64,000 nt of DNA from contig CAVWLP010000003.1 in assembly GCA_963755915.1 (NCBI GenBank), forward strand, positions 1,344,001 through 1,408,000, in the 5' to 3' direction. Under the pieces are notes generated by a model. It was given only the letters and a program-made list of their open reading frames with translations, was not told the DNA's origin and made no database searches. Below, one piece after another: positions 60,677 to 64,000 of the stretch (the first letter of the stretch is position 1; each line of letters begins with the position of its first letter). The stretch comes from an uncultured Phycisphaerales bacterium (GTDB taxonomy: Bacteria; Planctomycetota; Phycisphaerae; Tepidisphaerales; Tepidisphaeraceae). Both the position numbers and the translations under genes were made by a program.

Positions 60677-62083
60677 CTTGCCGGCGGCGTTTTCGGCAGA
60701 TGGACCGTGAACGTCGAGCCGTTTCCGGGGGAAGATTGGACCTCGATTCTGCCGCCGTGGTCGGAGATGATTCCGTGGCTGATGCTGAGGCCCAGGCCGG
60801 TTCCCTGGCCGAGGGGCTTGGTGGTGAAGAAGGGGTCGAAGATTCTGGAAATTGTTTCGGGGTCGATTCCAGAGCCGTTGTCGATGACCTGGATGGTGAC
60901 GCCGGCGTCGGAGGGGCGGGTGCGGATGATGACCTTGCCACCGGGGCGGCAGGCGTCGATGGCGTTGACGATGAGATTCAGCAATACCTGATTGATCCGG
61001 GCGGGGGAGCATTTCACCAACGGGAGGGTGCCGAGATCCATTTCCAGCTCGACGCCCTGCTTCTTGGCGCGGCCGGTGACGATGTTGACGGTGGGGGTGA
61101 CGCCGGCGTTGATGTCGGCCTCTTCCATCTTCTCGGCCTGCTTGTCCTGGCGGGCGAAGTCGCTCAGGTCGCGGACGATCTGCTGAATGCGGCTAAGGCC
61201 CTCGTGGGAACGGGCGATGAGGTCGGGCAGGCCGTCGAGGGTGTATTCAAGGTCGATGCGCTGAGATAGCTGGTCGATTTTCTCGGACAGCTCTTTCTGG
61301 TGCTGGACGAGGGTTGGATGGCCCGACTGGTAGAGGAGCATGAGCTGGCGGACGTTTTCGACGTCGCGGCGGAGGACGGCGAGGTTGTTGACGACGAAGG
61401 CGAGGGGATTGTTGATCTCGTGGGCGATGCCGGCGATGAGCTTTCCGAGGGCGGCGAGTTTTTCGCTGATGACGATGCGCTCGTGGGCCTCGCGCAGGGC
61501 CTGGTGGGCTTCCTGTTCGGATTGGACGGCTTTTTCGAGGCGGGCGTTGGATTCCTGGATGGCCTGGGCGCGGCGGTAGATTTCCATTTCCATGGATCCG
61601 GCGCGATTTGAGCTGCTCGGTTAATTTGTCCTGCTCGTCGCCGCGCTGGCGGAGGCGGACGAACTCGGTGACGTCCTCGACGCGGTGGATGATATATTTC
61701 AGCTTGCCGTCCTCGAAGACGGGAGAGTTGACGGGACTCCAGTAGCGGACTTCATAGGCGCCGCCCTCGCTGAGGGGCTTTTGGATGTCGTATTTCTGGA
61801 CGGCCATGGTGTCTGCAACGCGGCCGCGAATGACGCGGTGGAGTGAGGCGGCGAGGTTTCGCACGCCGGTGGCCTGCTTGTCGTTGGGGTTGTCGGGGAA
61901 GGCTGCGAAGACGCCGCGGCCGATGAGGTCCTCGCGGCGGCGCATGGTTGCCGCCAGATAGGCGTCGCTGACGGCGATGATGGTGAAATCCGCATCCGGA
62001 AGCAGGACGAGATAGAGTCCGGGGACTGATTCGAAAAGCGTCTGGTAGTTCAGCGATATTTCCGGGAGGATGGCATTAATCAT
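60673..62083 (-). CDS. PAS-domain sensor histidine kinase (frameshift near 61600)
   Basis: PAS (FESVPG...[17 protein letters not shown]), [32 protein letters not shown]. Confidence 0.9.
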
Positions 62084-62119
62084 TTTCGCTGCCCTCTCAA
62101 ACAAAATGAGCTGCCTCGA

Positions 62120-63286
62120 TCAGGCGGCGGCGGTCTGGGGAGCGCGGGCGGAAAGGGGAATGGCGATGGTAAAGGTCGCGCCCTTGCCCGGCTCGCTTTT
62201 CAGGGTCAATTTTCCGCCGTGCAGTTCGGTGAATGTCTTAACGATGCTGAGTCCCAGGCCCAGTCCGCGGGCGTTAAATTCGTATTCTCCGGAGATGTGG
62301 CGCGAAACGTCGAAACCGGTGAAGAAGGGCTGGAAGATTTTTGAACGGTCTTCCTGGCTGATGCCGCAGCCTTGATCTTCGACTTCGATGAAGGCGCTGG
62401 ACTCGTCGCGCCAGGCCTTGAGCTGGATGGCGGCGCCGTCGGGACTGAACTTGACGGAGTTGAGGAGAAGCTGGTTGACGCAGTCGCGGATTTTGTCGGC
62501 GTCGATGTCGACGGAGCCGAGCTCGCCGGCGATGCGCATCTGGACAACCTGCTTGCGCCTTTCGGCGAAGGGGCGGATGTCGTCAAGAGCCTGGTTGAGA
62601 ACGGACTGCAAGTCGTGCGGCTTGCGCTCGCAGACACCGTCGAAGCGTTCGCTGGAGAGCATGGTGAGGATCTGGTTCATGAGCCTTCGCAGGCGGTCGG
62701 CGGCGCCCTCGATCTGGAGCAGATGCTGGCGGAGGGATTCGGAGACGTCGTTGGCCTGAAGCGCGAGCCGGCTGAAGCCGGAGAGGAGGGCGACGGGCGT
62801 CCTGAATTCGTGGCCGGCGACCCTGATGAATGCCGCCTTCAATTCGTCGGACTGCTTGAGCTCGACGTTGGTGCGCTCGAGGTCTTCGACGAGGCGTTTG
62901 CGCTCGGCGAGAAGATCGTACTGGCTGCACGCCTCGCGGATGATGAGCTGCAATTCGTCGGCGTCCCAGGGCTTGGTGATATAGCGGTAGATCTGGCCCT
63001 GGTTGACGGCGTCGATGACGGCCTTGAGGTCGGCATAGCCGGTGAAAAGAAGGCGGATGATCTGGGGGTATTGGTTGCAAATTTCGGTGAGGAGCTGGAC
63101 ACCGGTCATTCCGGGCATGCGCTGATCGGTCATGGCGACGTGAATTCCACCGTGGTCGAGCCGATCCATCGCCTCGGCGGGGTTGGTGGTGGTGACGACG
63201 TTGTAGTCGAGCCGGAGCAGGTCGCGGACGCTTCTGACGACATCGGGTTCGTCGTCGATGACAAGGATCGTATGGCTTCTGTCCAT
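62120..63286 (-). CDS. Hybrid receiver-histidine kinase
   Basis: IDDEP, TDQRMP, KPWD, GHEFRTP, NSVKF, DQGCG, GLGLGL. Confidence 0.92.
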   Translation of the reverse strand: MDRSHTILVIDDEPDVVRSVRDLLRLDYNVVTTTNPAEAMDRLDHGGIHVAMTDQRMPGMTGVQLLTEICNQYPQIIRLLFTGYADLKAVIDAVNQGQIYRYITKPWDADELQLIIREACSQYDLLAERKRLVEDLERTNVELKQSDELKAAFIRVAGHEFRTPVALLSGFSRLALQANDVSESLRQHLLQIEGAADRLRRLMNQILTMLSSERFDGVCERKPHDLQSVLNQALDDIRPFAERRKQVVQMRIAGELGSVDIDADKIRDCVNQLLLNSVKFSPDGAAIQLKAWRDESSAFIEVEDQGCGISQEDRSKIFQPFFTGFDVSRHISGEYEFNARGLGLGLSIVKTFTELHGGKLTLKSEPGKGATFTIAIPLSARAPQTAAA

Positions 63287-63294
63287 GAAGGCTC

Positions 63295-63822
63295 CTATTT
63301 GCGGGAATCGAGTTTGCGGGAGAGGGTTTGGGCGAGACAGCCCTTGAAGGTCGGCAGCCCTTCGCGTTGCCAGCGATCTTCAATAGCTTCGGCAATTTCC
63401 CGGTTGGCTCTGCACAGGTTGGCGATGGCGTGGAACTCGGGATGGGAGGAAGGGACGGCGACGTGGGCGTCGTGGGCATCGACGCGGAAAAAATATTGGG
63501 AGCCTCCCGGCCAGGTTTCGATCTTGAGCTTCATGTGCGGGTAGCCGCGGTTGCCAAGTCGCAGGTAGTAGCGTGAGGCGCCGTCGGCATTTTCGCGCAC
63601 GAATGGGGGGCGATCGAAGGCCACTGTGCCGGCGCCGTCGAGTTTATCTGTAATGGATTTCACAGACGGGGGGAGGGGGCCGTCGGGATAGGCGATTTCC
63701 AAATAAATCTTCATTGCCTTTTGCACCAAGCCCGTCGGAGGGAGGAAGGTCCCAATTTCAAAGGGATTACTTTCTTGGTTTTGCGACGAAATAACCCCGC
63801 TGTTTGCGCCGATGACCGACAT
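63295..63822 (-). CDS. Hypothetical protein (start uncertain; possibly 63714)
   Basis: ORF immediately upstream of the hybrid kinase; YYLRLGNRGYPHMKL, FRVDAHD. Confidence 0.65.
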   Translation of the reverse strand: MSVIGANSGVISSQNQESNPFEIGTFLPPTGLVQKAMKIYLEIAYPDGPLPPSVKSITDKLDGAGTVAFDRPPFVRENADGASRYYLRLGNRGYPHMKLKIETWPGGSQYFFRVDAHDAHVAVPSSHPEFHAIANLCRANREIAEAIEDRWQREGLPTFKGCLAQTLSRKLDSRK

Positions 63823-63862
63823 GTATCTATCATCGAAGACTTAAACGGTGCGATAAAAAAAA

Positions 63863-64000
63863 ATGTCGGAAAAAACAGAAATTCTGGTTGTGGAGGATGA
63901 CAAAGCGCTGAGTAACCTGACGTGCCGGGTGCTGGAAATGTACGGCTTTTCGGTGCGGGCGGCATTGGATGGGGGCGAGGCGCTGCGGCATGTTGGGCAG
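63863..64000 (+). CDS. Response regulator receiver domain, partial (runs off window)
   Basis: MSEKTEILVVEDDKALSNLTCRVLEMYGFSVRAALDGGEAL. Confidence 0.8.
   Translation, partial: MSEKTEILVVEDDKALSNLTCRVLEMYGFSVRAALDGGEALRHVGQ

Noticed and set aside
1431-62083. Many split genes (membrane protein, spoVR, Uma2, GH28, sugar-binding protein, ADH, kinase) as pseudogenes or programmed frameshifts
   Set aside because: Single-base indels are scattered throughout, often in GC homopolymers and without slippery-site/hairpin context; best explained as long-read errors.

Overview
GC-rich bacterial window, most likely Planctomycetota (Phycisphaerae/Tepidisphaerales-like). This is inferred from the DUF1559/H-X9-DG prepilin-like genes, a PEP-CTERM fragment, Gly-rich RRM proteins and TTQP-type motifs. 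Many conserved genes are split by single-base indels, so the assembly is probably unpolished long-read data and most splits should not be read as pseudogenes. Layout: (1) amtB and a membrane protein. (2) tRNA-Arg(UCG) carrying a ~7.4 kb degenerate integrated element (41-bp att repeat at 3200-3240/10610-10650) with a truncated tyrosine integrase, ardC, two large ssDNA-promoter-like hairpins and several gene fragments. (3) A ~20 kb accessory region with three RRM RNA-binding genes, a RhlE-type helicase, two unrelated fatty-acid desaturases, acyl-CoA ligase/dehydrogenase, a DUF2294 gene facing a terminator-containing leader, and an IS21 element (6-bp TSD, 12x24-bp repeat inside istA) that splits a TIR-domain gene. 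(4) A tandem pair of near-identical prepilin-like genes whose diverged long leaders show covarying RNA structure. (5) Mostly core genes (coaD, pgeF, pgl, spoVR, pnp, rpsO, adk, ppk2, murI), interrupted by a REP-flanked HNH + VRR-NUC cassette, a MITE, a degenerate QueC-like gene, an AbiEii-type TA pair and two-component genes. Best candidates for undescribed biology: the attenuator-like leader between DUF2294 and the desaturase, the covarying prepilin leaders, and the HNH/VRR-NUC cassette.
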